DNA of 64,000 nucleotides from an uncultured virus (IMG/VR IMGVR_UViG_3300005662_000026). Taxonomy: Duplodnaviria; Heunggongvirae; Uroviricota; Caudoviricetes. The stretch lies in the IMG/VR virus record IMGVR_UViG_3300005662_000026; one strand, given 5' to 3'. The notes beneath the pieces are model-generated. The model made no database searches. It worked only from the letters and a program-made list of their open reading frames with translations, and was not told the origin of the DNA. The translations under genes were made by a program, and so were the position numbers. Every line of letters begins with the position of its first letter. The stretch's first letter is position 1. Shown here piece after piece: positions 37,704 through 47,770 of this stretch.

Positions 37704-39320
37704 ATGGCAACTCCAGTATTAAATAATGGTATATTCCTGCGTGATACGGCATACAATGCTAGTTCACATGTGGATTCATACCATTTACAAAACATGCTAA
37801 AAGATGCAGAACCAATGGATTTAGGTCCAGTAGACTTATGGGCTATGGCTCAAAAAGTTGAAATGCCTTTATACCAGTTGTCTTCTTTTGGTGGAAAAAA
37901 TGTTATCAATGTGGATAACGCAAGAGGTGAGTACAAATGGCAAACTCCAGTATCTATTGATCTACCTTACATTGTAGAAGATATTGAACCAGGTAATACT
38001 GCTAAAGGTATTGAAGGAACTACTTTCAAAATCAAGTTGAATAAACGTGAGTTTGGACATGGTGATATCATTACTTATGACAAGTATAATGGTGTTGAGA
38101 TGTACATTACTGCTGATGATATCTTACCTATTGGTGATGGTTTCATCTATACAGTACAGTTAGTTAACAATGATAACTATAAGTACATTGATAATGCTTA
38201 CTTGGCTAATGGTACTAAAGTATTCCGTAAAGGTTCTGCTAGAGGTGAGTATGGTGAGAGATTCTCTGACATCCAAACTAACACAGGATTCCGTGAGTAC
38301 TACAACTACGTTGGTGGTGCTGAAGCACACGTTCATTACTCTATCTCTTCTAGAGCAGATTTAATGATTAAAGGTGGTATGAATGCAGATGGTACAGTTC
38401 CTGTAACTGAAATCTGGAGATCACACTTAAAAGGATTAGATCCATCTATTTCATCTTTAGATGATATGGTTAAAGTAATGGGTAAAGACTCAGTTAAAAA
38501 AGCATTTGATAATGGTGATTTATCAAGAACTTTCTTAACTAATATGGAGGCTGCACACTTAACTAAGATTGCATCTGATATTGAGACTTACTTAATGTGG
38601 GGTCATGGTGGTAGAGTACGTCAAGACGGACCAGATGATGTAAGATTATCTGTAGGTTTATGGAAACAGTTAGATAACTCTTTCAAACGTATCTATAACA
38701 AAAACAACTTTAACTTAGACTTATTCAGAGGAGAGTTATACAACTTCTTCAATGGTAAGGTTGAGTTCCAAGGACCAGATCCTAAACGTCAACTTGTTGT
38801 ACAAACAGGTATGGGTGGTATGAGAATGGTTAATGAAGCTATTAAACAAGAAGCTATTTCTTCAGGTTTATTAATTCAAGCTGCTGATATCGGTGCTATC
38901 ACTGGTAAAGGTATGGACTTAAACTTTGGATTTGCTTATACATCTTACGTTATTCCATTCTTGGCTAATGTTAAGTTTGTATTGAACCCAGCATTTGACA
39001 ATGTTCATACTAATGATATTGAGAACCCAATCATTGATGGTTTCCCATTATCTTCTTACTCATTCATTATTTTTGATATCACAGATAATACTAATGACAA
39101 CATTTACATGTTGAAATTATCTTGGGATAATCAATTGAAATGGTGGTACCAAAATGGAACAATGGACTACATGGGTAGATCTCAAGGATTCCAGTCTTCA
39201 GGACAATTCAACGGTTACCGTGTAATGATGTCTCAAACAATGCCTGCTATTTGGGTTAAAGATCCAACTAAAGTATTGAAAATTGTTATGAGAAACCCAA
39301 TTACAGGTGGATCATTCTAA
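37704..39320 (+). CDS. Major capsid protein
   Basis: 538 aa after the scaffold, biased codon use, followed by a strong terminator. Confidence 0.85.
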   Translation: MATPVLNNGIFLRDTAYNASSHVDSYHLQNMLKDAEPMDLGPVDLWAMAQKVEMPLYQLSSFGGKNVINVDNARGEYKWQTPVSIDLPYIVEDIEPGNTAKGIEGTTFKIKLNKREFGHGDIITYDKYNGVEMYITADDILPIGDGFIYTVQLVNNDNYKYIDNAYLANGTKVFRKGSARGEYGERFSDIQTNTGFREYYNYVGGAEAHVHYSISSRADLMIKGGMNADGTVPVTEIWRSHLKGLDPSISSLDDMVKVMGKDSVKKAFDNGDLSRTFLTNMEAAHLTKIASDIETYLMWGHGGRVRQDGPDDVRLSVGLWKQLDNSFKRIYNKNNFNLDLFRGELYNFFNGKVEFQGPDPKRQLVVQTGMGGMRMVNEAIKQEAISSGLLIQAADIGAITGKGMDLNFGFAYTSYVIPFLANVKFVLNPAFDNVHTNDIENPIIDGFPLSSYSFIIFDITDNTNDNIYMLKLSWDNQLKWWYQNGTMDYMGRSQGFQSSGQFNGYRVMMSQTMPAIWVKDPTKVLKIVMRNPITGGSF

Positions 39321-39331
39321 TATGTCAAAGC

Positions 39332-39363
39332 AAAAAAAGGAGGGGCCAGTCTCCTCCTTTTTT
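39332..39363. terminator. Bidirectional intrinsic terminator
   Basis: A7-GGAGG..CCTCC-T6. Confidence 0.8.
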
Positions 39364-39403
39364 ATTATATTTACAATTATAAACATTTTAAAACCAACAT
39401 AAA

Positions 39404-40414
39404 ATGGAATTTACACACGTAGAAGTATTTAATACTAACAAGAGCAACAAGATCTCTATCAAGCCTTACTTTGACAACTCAATGTCAAATATGGGATTAG
39501 AAAATTATGGTCAATCATTATTTGATGGAGTTAAACATTTTGAACAACTAGCATGTCTAGAGCAAAATGGAGTAATAAGATATGTAACAGGGTTAAATGA
39601 ATTTGCACCTGAGATTAAATTATTACCAACAGAACAAAGAGAAGCAAAAGTAAAACAGATTAGAATTGCTGTTGCTGAATTAGAAAGAGAGTTAGCAGCT
39701 AACATATTAGATGTTGAGAGCCCAACTTTCTGGAATGATGTTAAACTATTAAGACCAGACAATAAAGAATTCTGGAATAAGATTAACATGTCATGTGGTA
39801 ATGAACCAGTGTATTTAGACCCTACTAATCCATATGATAGAATTAAATTATATGCTGTTGAAGCAGGTGGATTTTCACTTGTATCAAGAAGCTATGATGA
39901 TGCTAGATCAAAAGCAGTACCACCAAAATTTTACTTAGATAAAGTAACTGAAACAAGTGGTATCAAAACTGAATACAAAAAACTTAAAAATAAAGCTCTT
40001 GCTGAGTTACAAAAATTGTTTGATAAAAACAGTACTAAATTATTTTACATTGCTAAGTCAGTAGATACAGCAAGTGTACAGTATAAAAAACATACACCAA
40101 ATGATGTTATTTATGATAACATGGATAGACATATCAATGGTGAAGGTACAGAAGGTAATAAAGAAAGAGCAGCAAAAGGATTCTTAGATGCAGCAGCTTT
40201 AGATATGGAAACATTAAAAATTAAAGCAATTGTAAAAGATTCCATATTTTTTAAGTATATTATTAATAAGTCAGATGGTTATATCTATCATGCTAAATCA
40301 AATAGCTTGTTAGGTAGAAATGTTTCTGATGTAATTGAGTTCTTGAAAAACCCTTTAAATGAGGATATTTTAAAAGACTTAAACACACAAGTTGAAAAAG
40401 TGTGGAATATGTAA
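39404..40414 (+). CDS. Conserved head-module protein downstream of MCP
   Basis: 336-aa ORF with AAACCAACA leader. Confidence 0.7.
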   Translation: MEFTHVEVFNTNKSNKISIKPYFDNSMSNMGLENYGQSLFDGVKHFEQLACLEQNGVIRYVTGLNEFAPEIKLLPTEQREAKVKQIRIAVAELERELAANILDVESPTFWNDVKLLRPDNKEFWNKINMSCGNEPVYLDPTNPYDRIKLYAVEAGGFSLVSRSYDDARSKAVPPKFYLDKVTETSGIKTEYKKLKNKALAELQKLFDKNSTKLFYIAKSVDTASVQYKKHTPNDVIYDNMDRHINGEGTEGNKERAAKGFLDAAALDMETLKIKAIVKDSIFFKYIINKSDGYIYHAKSNSLLGRNVSDVIEFLKNPLNEDILKDLNTQVEKVWNM

Positions 40415-40422
40415 ACAACTTC

Positions 40423-40457
40423 AGGGTATACTAGTAACCGCTAGTATACTCTTTTTT
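40423..40457 (+). terminator. Intrinsic terminator
   Basis: GGTATACTAG/CTAGTATACT stem plus T-run. Confidence 0.75.
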
Positions 40458-40469
40458 AAATTATAAGTT

Positions 40470-40640
40470 ATGGCAAATGCAAAAGTAAATGTTCAAAAAA
40501 ATGCAACAGGTAGAGTAGGTGGTACTAATGCTCCTGTATATGCATTAAAATCTGCATCAGGTAAATCATGCGGTAAAGTTAATAAACCTCAAGCTGCACC
40601 TAAAATGAAAATGGGTGGAAGCAAAGGTAAGAAATGTTAA
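40470..40640 (+). CDS. 56-aa basic protein with MKMGG motif
   Basis: Own translation MANAKVNVQKNATGRVGG...APKMKMGGSKGKKC. Confidence 0.7.
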   Translation: MANAKVNVQKNATGRVGGTNAPVYALKSASGKSCGKVNKPQAAPKMKMGGSKGKKC

Positions 40641-40666
40641 TTTAATAAACTTTTAAATTAATAATC

Positions 40667-42067
40667 ATGGCAAGTAAAATAAATCCAAAAGGGATATTCA
40701 AGTCTAACTCAAGATCTAAAGGCCCAAATCCAAAAGGTATAAATCCAAAAGGAGTATATAAAGCACCAGCTAAACCTAGAGTTAATCCAAAAGGAATTAA
40801 TCCTACAGGTATTGGACCTAATAAAGATGGAATTAATCCTGGAGGAATTAAGAAACCAGTTACTCAATCTAGTACACCAAGAACTAGAGCTGGAGTATCT
40901 AAAGGAAATACACCAGGTACAGCTGCAAAATATGCTCAAAAAAAACCTATTACACAAACTCAATCTACAAGAACTAGAGCAGGTGTAACAAAAGGAAATG
41001 CTCCTGGTAAAGCTGCAGGTATGAGATCTCAAAAGTTATCTAATCAAAAAATGACTTTATCTCAATTAGAAAATGCTGCATCTAAAAGATATAAACCATT
41101 AGGTGCAGATGAGTTATCTAAAACTAGTAAAACTGTTACTGAAGGTGCTAATAAACTTTTAAAAAAGACAACTGAAAAAGCTAAAGCTAGCGGTATGGAT
41201 TTACCTAAAAGTGGAAGAAAAAATGTAACAGCACCTAAAGCTTTTTTTAAAACTGATTTGACAAGATTTAAAAAAGTAGGTAAAAGAGCAATAATTGGTA
41301 CTGCTATTGCATTAGCAGGAAAAGCTTTATATGATAAAGTATCAGAAAAAAATAAAGCTACTGCACTTGCTAAAACTAAAGATGACGCTGCTAAAAAAGC
41401 TAAAGATGATGCAGCAAAAAAAGCTAAAGCAGACGCTGCTAAAAATCAAGCTGCTAAAAGTCAGGCTTTAAAAAATGAACTTGCTAAAAAAGAAGCTGCT
41501 AAAAAAGACACAGTTAAAAAATATGCAGGAGTAAAGGACAAATGGGGAAGATCAGCTTCAGATAAATGGTTTGGATTTGATCCTAAAACTAAAGCGTTTA
41601 CAACAGTGGATTTACCTAAAAAAACAGAAGTTAAAAAGTCTACTAATACAGTAAAACCAAAACCTGTTACTCCTAAACCTGCTCAAGTATCAGAAACTCC
41701 TAAAGTTGATAATACAACAGCAAGTACTACAAAAGAAGAAGTAGGAACAATTCCATTAAAAACTGTACCAACAGTTGAAGCACCAAAAGCTATTTTGTCT
41801 CCGGCACCTTCAAAAACTACATCAACTTCTCCAGCTTCCTCAACGCCAAGTTCTAGTACTATTAAAAAACCAGAACCTAAAGGTGGTTTAATTAATAAGA
41901 TTAGAGGTGCTGTTAATGAAAGTAGAGAAAGAAGAGTTGGTAGAGCTTTTGGTAGAGGTGATACTGAAAGAGCTGCTGAACTTGAAGCAAAAATAAAAAG
42001 AACAGAAAGTAAAATGTATATGAAAAAAGGTGGTGTTGTTAAAAAGACAAAACCTAAAAAGAAATAG
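40667..42067 (+). CDS. Lys/Ala/Pro-rich low-complexity protein
   Basis: GINPKG and TRAGV.KGN.PG repeats, one hydrophobic helix, AKDDAAKK repeats, C-terminal MKKGG. Confidence 0.75.
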   Translation: MASKINPKGIFKSNSRSKGPNPKGINPKGVYKAPAKPRVNPKGINPTGIGPNKDGINPGGIKKPVTQSSTPRTRAGVSKGNTPGTAAKYAQKKPITQTQSTRTRAGVTKGNAPGKAAGMRSQKLSNQKMTLSQLENAASKRYKPLGADELSKTSKTVTEGANKLLKKTTEKAKASGMDLPKSGRKNVTAPKAFFKTDLTRFKKVGKRAIIGTAIALAGKALYDKVSEKNKATALAKTKDDAAKKAKDDAAKKAKADAAKNQAAKSQALKNELAKKEAAKKDTVKKYAGVKDKWGRSASDKWFGFDPKTKAFTTVDLPKKTEVKKSTNTVKPKPVTPKPAQVSETPKVDNTTASTTKEEVGTIPLKTVPTVEAPKAILSPAPSKTTSTSPASSTPSSSTIKKPEPKGGLINKIRGAVNESRERRVGRAFGRGDTERAAELEAKIKRTESKMYMKKGGVVKKTKPKKK

Positions 42068-42069
42068 TT

Positions 42070-42408
42070 ATGCCAAAAGATGCATGTTATAGTAAAGTAA
42101 AATCTTCTTATGCTGTGTTTCCATCAGCTAGAGCTTCACAGGCAATTGCAAAATGCCGTAAAGCTTCTGGTACTGTAAGAAAAACTGAAGAAGGTACTAA
42201 GCTAAAAAGATGGCAAGCAGAAAAATGGCAAGATACAAAATCTGGAAAAGCTTGTGGAGCCGGTGGTAAAAATGAATACTGCCGGCCTACTAAGAAAGTA
42301 TCTAAGGATACACCAAAGACTAAGTATGAACTTACCCCTTCTAAACTAGCTGCTAAGAAAGCTGAGAAGTCTAAAGTAGGTATGGGTAACAGAGTTAAAA
42401 AAGCATAA
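42070..42408 (+). CDS. Basic phage protein (DUF5872-like)
   Basis: KDACY.KVK..Y.VFPSA.AS...LKRW..EKW...CG...YCRP. Confidence 0.6.
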   Translation: MPKDACYSKVKSSYAVFPSARASQAIAKCRKASGTVRKTEEGTKLKRWQAEKWQDTKSGKACGAGGKNEYCRPTKKVSKDTPKTKYELTPSKLAAKKAEKSKVGMGNRVKKA

Positions 42409-42410
42409 CT

Positions 42411-43064
42411 ATGGCAACTCTAAAAACAAAAAAAGTTAAAGTTACTGCAGGTAATGAAAAGCATGTAGTTTATAAAAAGACTACAAAAACTGGTGAAGGA
42501 AAAGTTGGTCATATAATGGTTAACCATCCTACTAAGGATAAAGGTCAGTGGGATACAATAGATCTTACTGCAAAAGGAAGAGCTAAAACAATTAAACAGG
42601 GAGTTGCTGCTACTAAAAAGTGGCATAAAGATAATCCTGATTATAAATATAAAGGTAATACAATGGCAAAGACAAGAGCACAACAAGCAGCAACTGCAAT
42701 AGCAATGAAGAAAGCTGGTAAGAAACCTAAGAGTTTACCTAAAGCTCAAACTGGAGGTGGAGTTATTATAACACCTAAAGGGAAAATAGTACGTGGTACA
42801 CCTGAGAAAAAAACTATGCCAGGTGGTCCAAGATATACTGTTCAAACTTTAGATACAGCAGGTTACTCAAAAGGTAAAAAAACTTTTGATCTTACCACTA
42901 AACCAAATATATCTATGGATCATGCAGGTCCTATTATTTTAAAGAAAGGTAAACCTGTAGTAAAAGTAACTAAAGTACCAAGAGCTAATGTTAATCAAAC
43001 AATTAGTGACTTGAAAAAAGGTTCTACTAAAACAACTGATCTTAGACCTAAAAAGAAAAAATAA
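42411..43064 (+). CDS. Basic protein, possibly a fusion of two small ORFs
   Basis: Internal MAKTRAQQAA start-like segment; LPKAQTGG motif. Confidence 0.65.
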   Translation: MATLKTKKVKVTAGNEKHVVYKKTTKTGEGKVGHIMVNHPTKDKGQWDTIDLTAKGRAKTIKQGVAATKKWHKDNPDYKYKGNTMAKTRAQQAATAIAMKKAGKKPKSLPKAQTGGGVIITPKGKIVRGTPEKKTMPGGPRYTVQTLDTAGYSKGKKTFDLTTKPNISMDHAGPIILKKGKPVVKVTKVPRANVNQTISDLKKGSTKTTDLRPKKKK

Positions 43065-43336
43065 TGGCAAAGACACCAGCTTGGACAAGATCTGAAGGTA
43101 AAAATAAAACTGGAGGATTAAATGCTAAAGGAGTAGCTTCTTATAGAAAAGCTAATCCTGGTTCTAAATTAAAGATGGCAGTTACAACTAAACCATCTAA
43201 ACTTGATCCTGATAGCAAAGATGCTAAAAGGAGAAAGTCATTCTGTGCTAGAATGTCTGGAGTAAAAGGACCAATGAAAGATGAAAAAGGAAGACCTACT
43301 AGAAAGGCTCTTTCTTTAAAAAAGTGGAATTGTTAA
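43064..43336 (+). CDS. Basic phage protein (DUF6321-like)
   Basis: AWTR.EGKN..GGLNAKG...RRKSFCARMSG...W.C. Confidence 0.65.
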   Translation: MAKTPAWTRSEGKNKTGGLNAKGVASYRKANPGSKLKMAVTTKPSKLDPDSKDAKRRKSFCARMSGVKGPMKDEKGRPTRKALSLKKWNC

Positions 43337-43347
43337 ATTTATATATT

Positions 43348-43599
43348 ATGAAAAAGTTAGGATGTGCTAAATGTGGTGGCACAATGAAGAAAATGAAACT
43401 TGGTGGGTCTGCAGTTAAAAAAGCACCTGTTGAAATGTATGGTATTCCTCAAGAAAATATGGGTACTTCTGGTCAAATGGGATTTGGTAGAAAAGGTGGT
43501 ACATTAAAAAAAGAACACCCTATTACTACATTCAGAAAAGCTGATGAAGCTAGAAAAGCAGTAGTAATGAAGTCATTGTCTAATTTTAAAAAGAAATAG
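43348..43599 (+). CDS. Basic protein with MKLGG and GRKGG motifs
   Basis: Start moved to MKKLGCAKCGG. Confidence 0.65.
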   Translation: MKKLGCAKCGGTMKKMKLGGSAVKKAPVEMYGIPQENMGTSGQMGFGRKGGTLKKEHPITTFRKADEARKAVVMKSLSNFKKK

Positions 43600-43601
43600 T
43601 C

Positions 43602-44021
43602 ATGGCAAAAGTTACCAAAAATAAAACAGTTAAAAAGGTTTTACCTAAAGCACAACTAGGGACACTTGTAAAAACAATTGGTAAATTTGCTAAACCAATT
43701 ATTAATGCAACAAAGTCAGCTATGGGGTACAGCAAACCTGCTGTTAAGACTATTACTAAAAGTCCTAAAGTAGTTGTTAGATCTGTTAATAGAACAGTAA
43801 AACCAGTTGCTAAAAAAATTAATTCTGAAGTTGGTAAAAAAGTACTTATAGATAGGCATCATGCTAAATTAGTAAATGCTAGCAATAAAACTGATAAAAA
43901 AGCTTTTAAGATTGCTGCAGGAACAGCAGCTGCAGTTCCAATTGCAGGTATTGTAAATGCTTCAATAAATAAAGCAAAAAAACAAAAAGTAGTAACTACT
44001 ATTAAACCTAAAAAGAAATAG
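43602..44021 (+). CDS. Basic protein with LPKAQLG motif
   Basis: 139 aa, K-rich, one hydrophobic helix. Confidence 0.65.
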   Translation: MAKVTKNKTVKKVLPKAQLGTLVKTIGKFAKPIINATKSAMGYSKPAVKTITKSPKVVVRSVNRTVKPVAKKINSEVGKKVLIDRHHAKLVNASNKTDKKAFKIAAGTAAAVPIAGIVNASINKAKKQKVVTTIKPKKK

Positions 44022-44023
44022 TC

Positions 44024-44404
44024 ATGGCATCAAGATCAGTTAAAACATCTTGCAAAAATACTAAAGTAAGATCAGCTTCAGGTACATGTGTACCTGAAAG
44101 ACCTACCATGAAAGAAGGTGGTAGTAGTCCATTTGGTATTCTATCTATTATAGCTGGTATAGATAATAATCCTGGTAAATCACAAGCAGATAGAATTGCT
44201 GGTGCAAAAATGAATAAAGCCCGTGCTAATAAAATGGCTAAAGGTGGTTCAGTACATCCAGGTTTTAAAGCTGTACAATCTAAGATTGCTGCTAAACAAG
44301 GAATTAGTAAAAAAGCTGCTGGAGCTATATTAGCATCATCAACTAGAAAAGCTAGTGCTAAAGCTAAAGCTGCTAACCCAAGACTTAAACGTGTAAAAGG
44401 ATAA
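44024..44404 (+). CDS. Basic protein with MKEGG and MAKGG motifs
   Basis: HPGFKAVQSKIA..AGAILASSTRKAS..NPRLKRVKG. Confidence 0.7.
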   Translation: MASRSVKTSCKNTKVRSASGTCVPERPTMKEGGSSPFGILSIIAGIDNNPGKSQADRIAGAKMNKARANKMAKGGSVHPGFKAVQSKIAAKQGISKKAAGAILASSTRKASAKAKAANPRLKRVKG

Positions 44405-44407
44405 CAC

Positions 44408-45106
44408 ATGCAAAATAGTGTATTAATAATAAAAGTAAAGCAAAGGCTAAACAAATTAGATAGCCAAGACTATGACAACCTTGAATGTTGGCAAGTAGTT
44501 GAGGCATTTAATAAATCTCAAGTAGAGTGGGTCAGAAGACAGCTTCATGGTATTAATATTGTGAAAGAAGGTGATGAGCAATCAACTAGAAGAATAGATG
44601 ATTTACAATTATTACTGGGCACTATTAATATACCATTTGTTAAATCTGAAATATCATCTTATGCTGACTTACCAGATAATTACCTACAGTGGAAACGTGT
44701 AGATATTACTGCTAAGAAAGGATGTTGTGATGACAGAAGAATGTCTGTGTATCTTGCTGAGGAGGGTAACTTAAATCAGTTATTATTTGACAATGCTAAG
44801 AAACCTAGTTTTGAATGGGCAGAAACATTTGCTACATTAAAAAGCAATAAGGTTAATGTGTATACAAATAATGATTTTGATATTACCTCTGGTGCATTAA
44901 CATATTATAGACAACCGGTACGTATTGAAGTACAAGGGTGTGTTGACCCATATACAGGAGTACAAACAACAACTAATGTAGAATGTGAATTTAAAGATGA
45001 TATAGTTGAATTACTTATTGATGAAGCTGCAAGTGTGTTAGCTGGAGATATAGAATCAGGTAATCAATTCTCTAGAGGAACAGAGACTGCAGAAAGAAAC
45101 AATTAA
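44408..45106 (+). CDS. Neck/tail ring (head-tail adaptor) protein
   Basis: N..Q..W..., LP.NYL, LTYYRQP, CEF..DIVE.LIDEA pattern; position in the structural block. Confidence 0.6.
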   Translation: MQNSVLIIKVKQRLNKLDSQDYDNLECWQVVEAFNKSQVEWVRRQLHGINIVKEGDEQSTRRIDDLQLLLGTINIPFVKSEISSYADLPDNYLQWKRVDITAKKGCCDDRRMSVYLAEEGNLNQLLFDNAKKPSFEWAETFATLKSNKVNVYTNNDFDITSGALTYYRQPVRIEVQGCVDPYTGVQTTTNVECEFKDDIVELLIDEAASVLAGDIESGNQFSRGTETAERNN

Positions 45107-45118
45107 TATTTATAAAAA

Positions 45119-45571
45119 ATGGAAAGACCAAAATTATTAAAAAGAGAAGCATCAACATCTGCAGCATCTTACTCAGTTCCATCTGGGGGATCAGTAGATT
45201 CTATGGTAGCTGCATGTGTAAGTGAATTAATGAATGCTGCAACTAGCTTTCATAAATTGCACTTGAAAGTATCAGGTGCAGGATCATATGCTGCCCACAA
45301 AGCATTAAATGAATTATATGATGCCTTACCAGGACATGCAGATGACTTAGCAGAAGGATATCAAGGTGCAGCTGAAATATTATTACAATGTGCTGATGTA
45401 TCTCCAAGAACATTAGCAACACCAGCAGATGCTTTAGCATACATCAGAGACATTACTGCTATGGTATCTGGATTACAAGCTAAGATGCCTTACTCAGAGA
45501 TAGTAAATTCTTTAGATACTGTTAAAGACACACTTAACTCAGCTAAATACAAACTATTATTTTTAAAATAA
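45119..45571 (+). CDS. Dps/ferritin-like protein (DUF5856-type)
   Basis: HKLHL...SYAAHKALNELYD....ADDLAE.YQG ... YKL.FLK. Confidence 0.75.
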   Translation: MERPKLLKREASTSAASYSVPSGGSVDSMVAACVSELMNAATSFHKLHLKVSGAGSYAAHKALNELYDALPGHADDLAEGYQGAAEILLQCADVSPRTLATPADALAYIRDITAMVSGLQAKMPYSEIVNSLDTVKDTLNSAKYKLLFLK

Positions 45572-45634
45572 TTTTGCTAAAACAAATAGTTTTAGTATAT
45601 TATATATATGTTTATAAATTAAAAAACAAAAATT

Positions 45635-46954
45635 ATGGCTTATTTTAATCATGCCTTTCAAAAGGCTTTTGTTGGAACAGATGGTTTCACAGACCTTGGT
45701 CAAGGTCAATTAGGTACTCCAGGAAACATTTTAGCAACTGGTCAGTTTGCTTTTGTTGATCCAAAAACATGGGAAGTACAAAATACTAATTCAGCTCCTA
45801 CAGGATGTTGCCCATTAATCTTGGCTTCAGGTTCTTTGTATGAGAAAGATAAAGTTGGTTCACATGGTGGTTACTTAGAATCTAATAAATCTAAGATCAT
45901 TAACCCTAAGTACATCAACAGATTTTACAGAGTTGATCCTAATATTGCTCAACAAAATGTTATCCACATTGGTGACACTCCATTTACAAATGGAACTGGT
46001 GCATGTGAGAGAGAATTCTTATGTGATGAGACTTACTCTTTACGTATTGATGTTAAAGGTTCTCCAGCTTTGAGATTCTTAAATCACAATGCTTACTTAA
46101 CTGTTGATGCTTACACAGGATGTTGTCCTGCAGGTTCAATTGCTCCAGTAGCAGTTGATGCAACTTTAGTTATGATCCAATGGGCTAATGCAATTGTTGG
46201 TTATACTGAACCAGGTTCAATTAGTTCACCTCCAGTTATTGTTGATGCAGCTAGAACAGTTATCTCTCCATTTGTATTTCCAGTAGTTACTGCTGAAGAT
46301 AAATCTTTATGGTATAAACCAGGAACAGTTACTGCAGGTTTAGTTCCACCAGCTGGTTACACTATTGGTGGTACTTGGGATAACTATGTATCTCCAGGAC
46401 ATGTTGCTGGTGATTTTGCAGGTATTACTTTATTTGGTGCTTATGTTGGAACAGACTTTAATGACTGTACATTCCAAACTTCAGATTTCTTTGAAAAAGA
46501 GCCAGTTAAATTGTATGCTTCTTTAGTTGATTACAATGGTGCTCCATGTGAATTTGAAGGATTATGTGTAGAGACTGAGTGTGAAGGTTTACAAGCAATG
46601 GGTCTTGGTGAGTCAGTTTTAAGAGATGTTATCTTATCTGAAAGATACAGACAAAACTTCTTTGCTACTGATTTCCGTATCAGAGAGGTAACTCAAGGTA
46701 ACCAACTTTTGAATGTTATTAACAGACAATCTTTATATACAAGATATTACTTGCAACATTCAGTTCCACGTTTTAACAACCCAACAGGTACATTTGATAA
46801 TGACCAATACTTGTTAGAAGTTATTACTGATGGTGCAGATACTGACTTTGAAGATTTTGTTAATGACTGGACTTCAAACTGTGGTCAATGTGTAGAATTA
46901 GAAGTAGTTGATGCAATCACTGCATGTTCTCCAGTAGTTCCAATTCCTGCATAA
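45635..46954 (+). CDS. Major structural protein (auxiliary capsid protein candidate)
   Basis: 439 aa with its own promoter-like box and terminator; MCP-like codon bias. Confidence 0.55.
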   Translation: MAYFNHAFQKAFVGTDGFTDLGQGQLGTPGNILATGQFAFVDPKTWEVQNTNSAPTGCCPLILASGSLYEKDKVGSHGGYLESNKSKIINPKYINRFYRVDPNIAQQNVIHIGDTPFTNGTGACEREFLCDETYSLRIDVKGSPALRFLNHNAYLTVDAYTGCCPAGSIAPVAVDATLVMIQWANAIVGYTEPGSISSPPVIVDAARTVISPFVFPVVTAEDKSLWYKPGTVTAGLVPPAGYTIGGTWDNYVSPGHVAGDFAGITLFGAYVGTDFNDCTFQTSDFFEKEPVKLYASLVDYNGAPCEFEGLCVETECEGLQAMGLGESVLRDVILSERYRQNFFATDFRIREVTQGNQLLNVINRQSLYTRYYLQHSVPRFNNPTGTFDNDQYLLEVITDGADTDFEDFVNDWTSNCGQCVELEVVDAITACSPVVPIPA

Positions 46955-46976
46955 GCAGTAAAATTATATTACTAAC

Positions 46977-47012
46977 AAGGGAGGTGAATTAATTTTCCCT
47001 CCCTTTTTTTTT
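46977..47012 (+). terminator. Intrinsic terminator
   Basis: AAGGGAGG/CCTCCCTT stem plus T-run. Confidence 0.8.
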
Positions 47013-47020
47013 AAATTATT

Positions 47021-47566
47021 ATGGCACATCATATATTAAGTTTAGAAGTACCAACTGTATTAAATACTTGTATCATGTCAGTATTAGATACAAGTGTGTA
47101 TTCAGAATTAATGCCTGTTTCCTGTCCTACATTAAATGTAACAGTTCCAGGATTTACTTACTCAACTCAAATCAATACTGTTCAAGGAGCAAATACAATA
47201 TTGACTGCGTGTGATTTACAATTACAAACTCAAGGATGTGATGGTACTGTACTAAGTGATTTACCTGATGGTATATATGCTATTAAATACAGTGTGTCTC
47301 CTAATGATATTGTATTTGTAGAGTATAATCATTTAAGAATCTCTAAAGCATTAAATATTTACAATAGTATTTTATGTAAATTAGATCTTGCTGCATGTGA
47401 GCCTTCAGCTACTATCAAGAAGAAACTTGAAGTATTAAAGATGGCTAAGATGTATTTAGATGCAGCTAAAGCAAAAGTTGAATTTTGTCATGAACCAAAT
47501 CATGGTATGTCACTTTACAACTATGCATTAAAGATTATGAAAAAATTAGATTGTAAAAATTGTTAA
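47021..47566 (+). CDS. Structural protein (tail hub candidate)
   Basis: LPDGIY.IKYSV.P motif; position. Confidence 0.5.
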   Translation: MAHHILSLEVPTVLNTCIMSVLDTSVYSELMPVSCPTLNVTVPGFTYSTQINTVQGANTILTACDLQLQTQGCDGTVLSDLPDGIYAIKYSVSPNDIVFVEYNHLRISKALNIYNSILCKLDLAACEPSATIKKKLEVLKMAKMYLDAAKAKVEFCHEPNHGMSLYNYALKIMKKLDCKNC

Positions 47567-47585
47567 ACCATTAAAAACCAACAAA

Positions 47586-47732
47586 ATGGCTAATTGTCCA
47601 AACTGCAAAACAAGATTGACATGTGGATGTCAAAAAAGAACTGCTTCTAATAAAGCACAAGTATGCTCAAATTGTATTAGTAAATATGAAATGGGTCTTA
47701 AAAAAACACAAGTAAATAAAACTACTAAATAG
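47586..47732 (+). CDS. 48-aa Cys-rich protein
   Basis: Own translation MANCPNCKTRLTCGCQKRTASNKAQVCSNCISKYEMGLKK... Confidence 0.65.
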   Translation: MANCPNCKTRLTCGCQKRTASNKAQVCSNCISKYEMGLKKTQVNKTTK

Positions 47733-47770
47733 AGTTTAATACTGGTAATATAATTTTAAATTAAATCATT

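Noticed and set aside
31348..39320. Introns or inteins in TerL, portal or MCP
   Set aside because: ORFs are continuous, of plausible size, and show no intein terminal motifs
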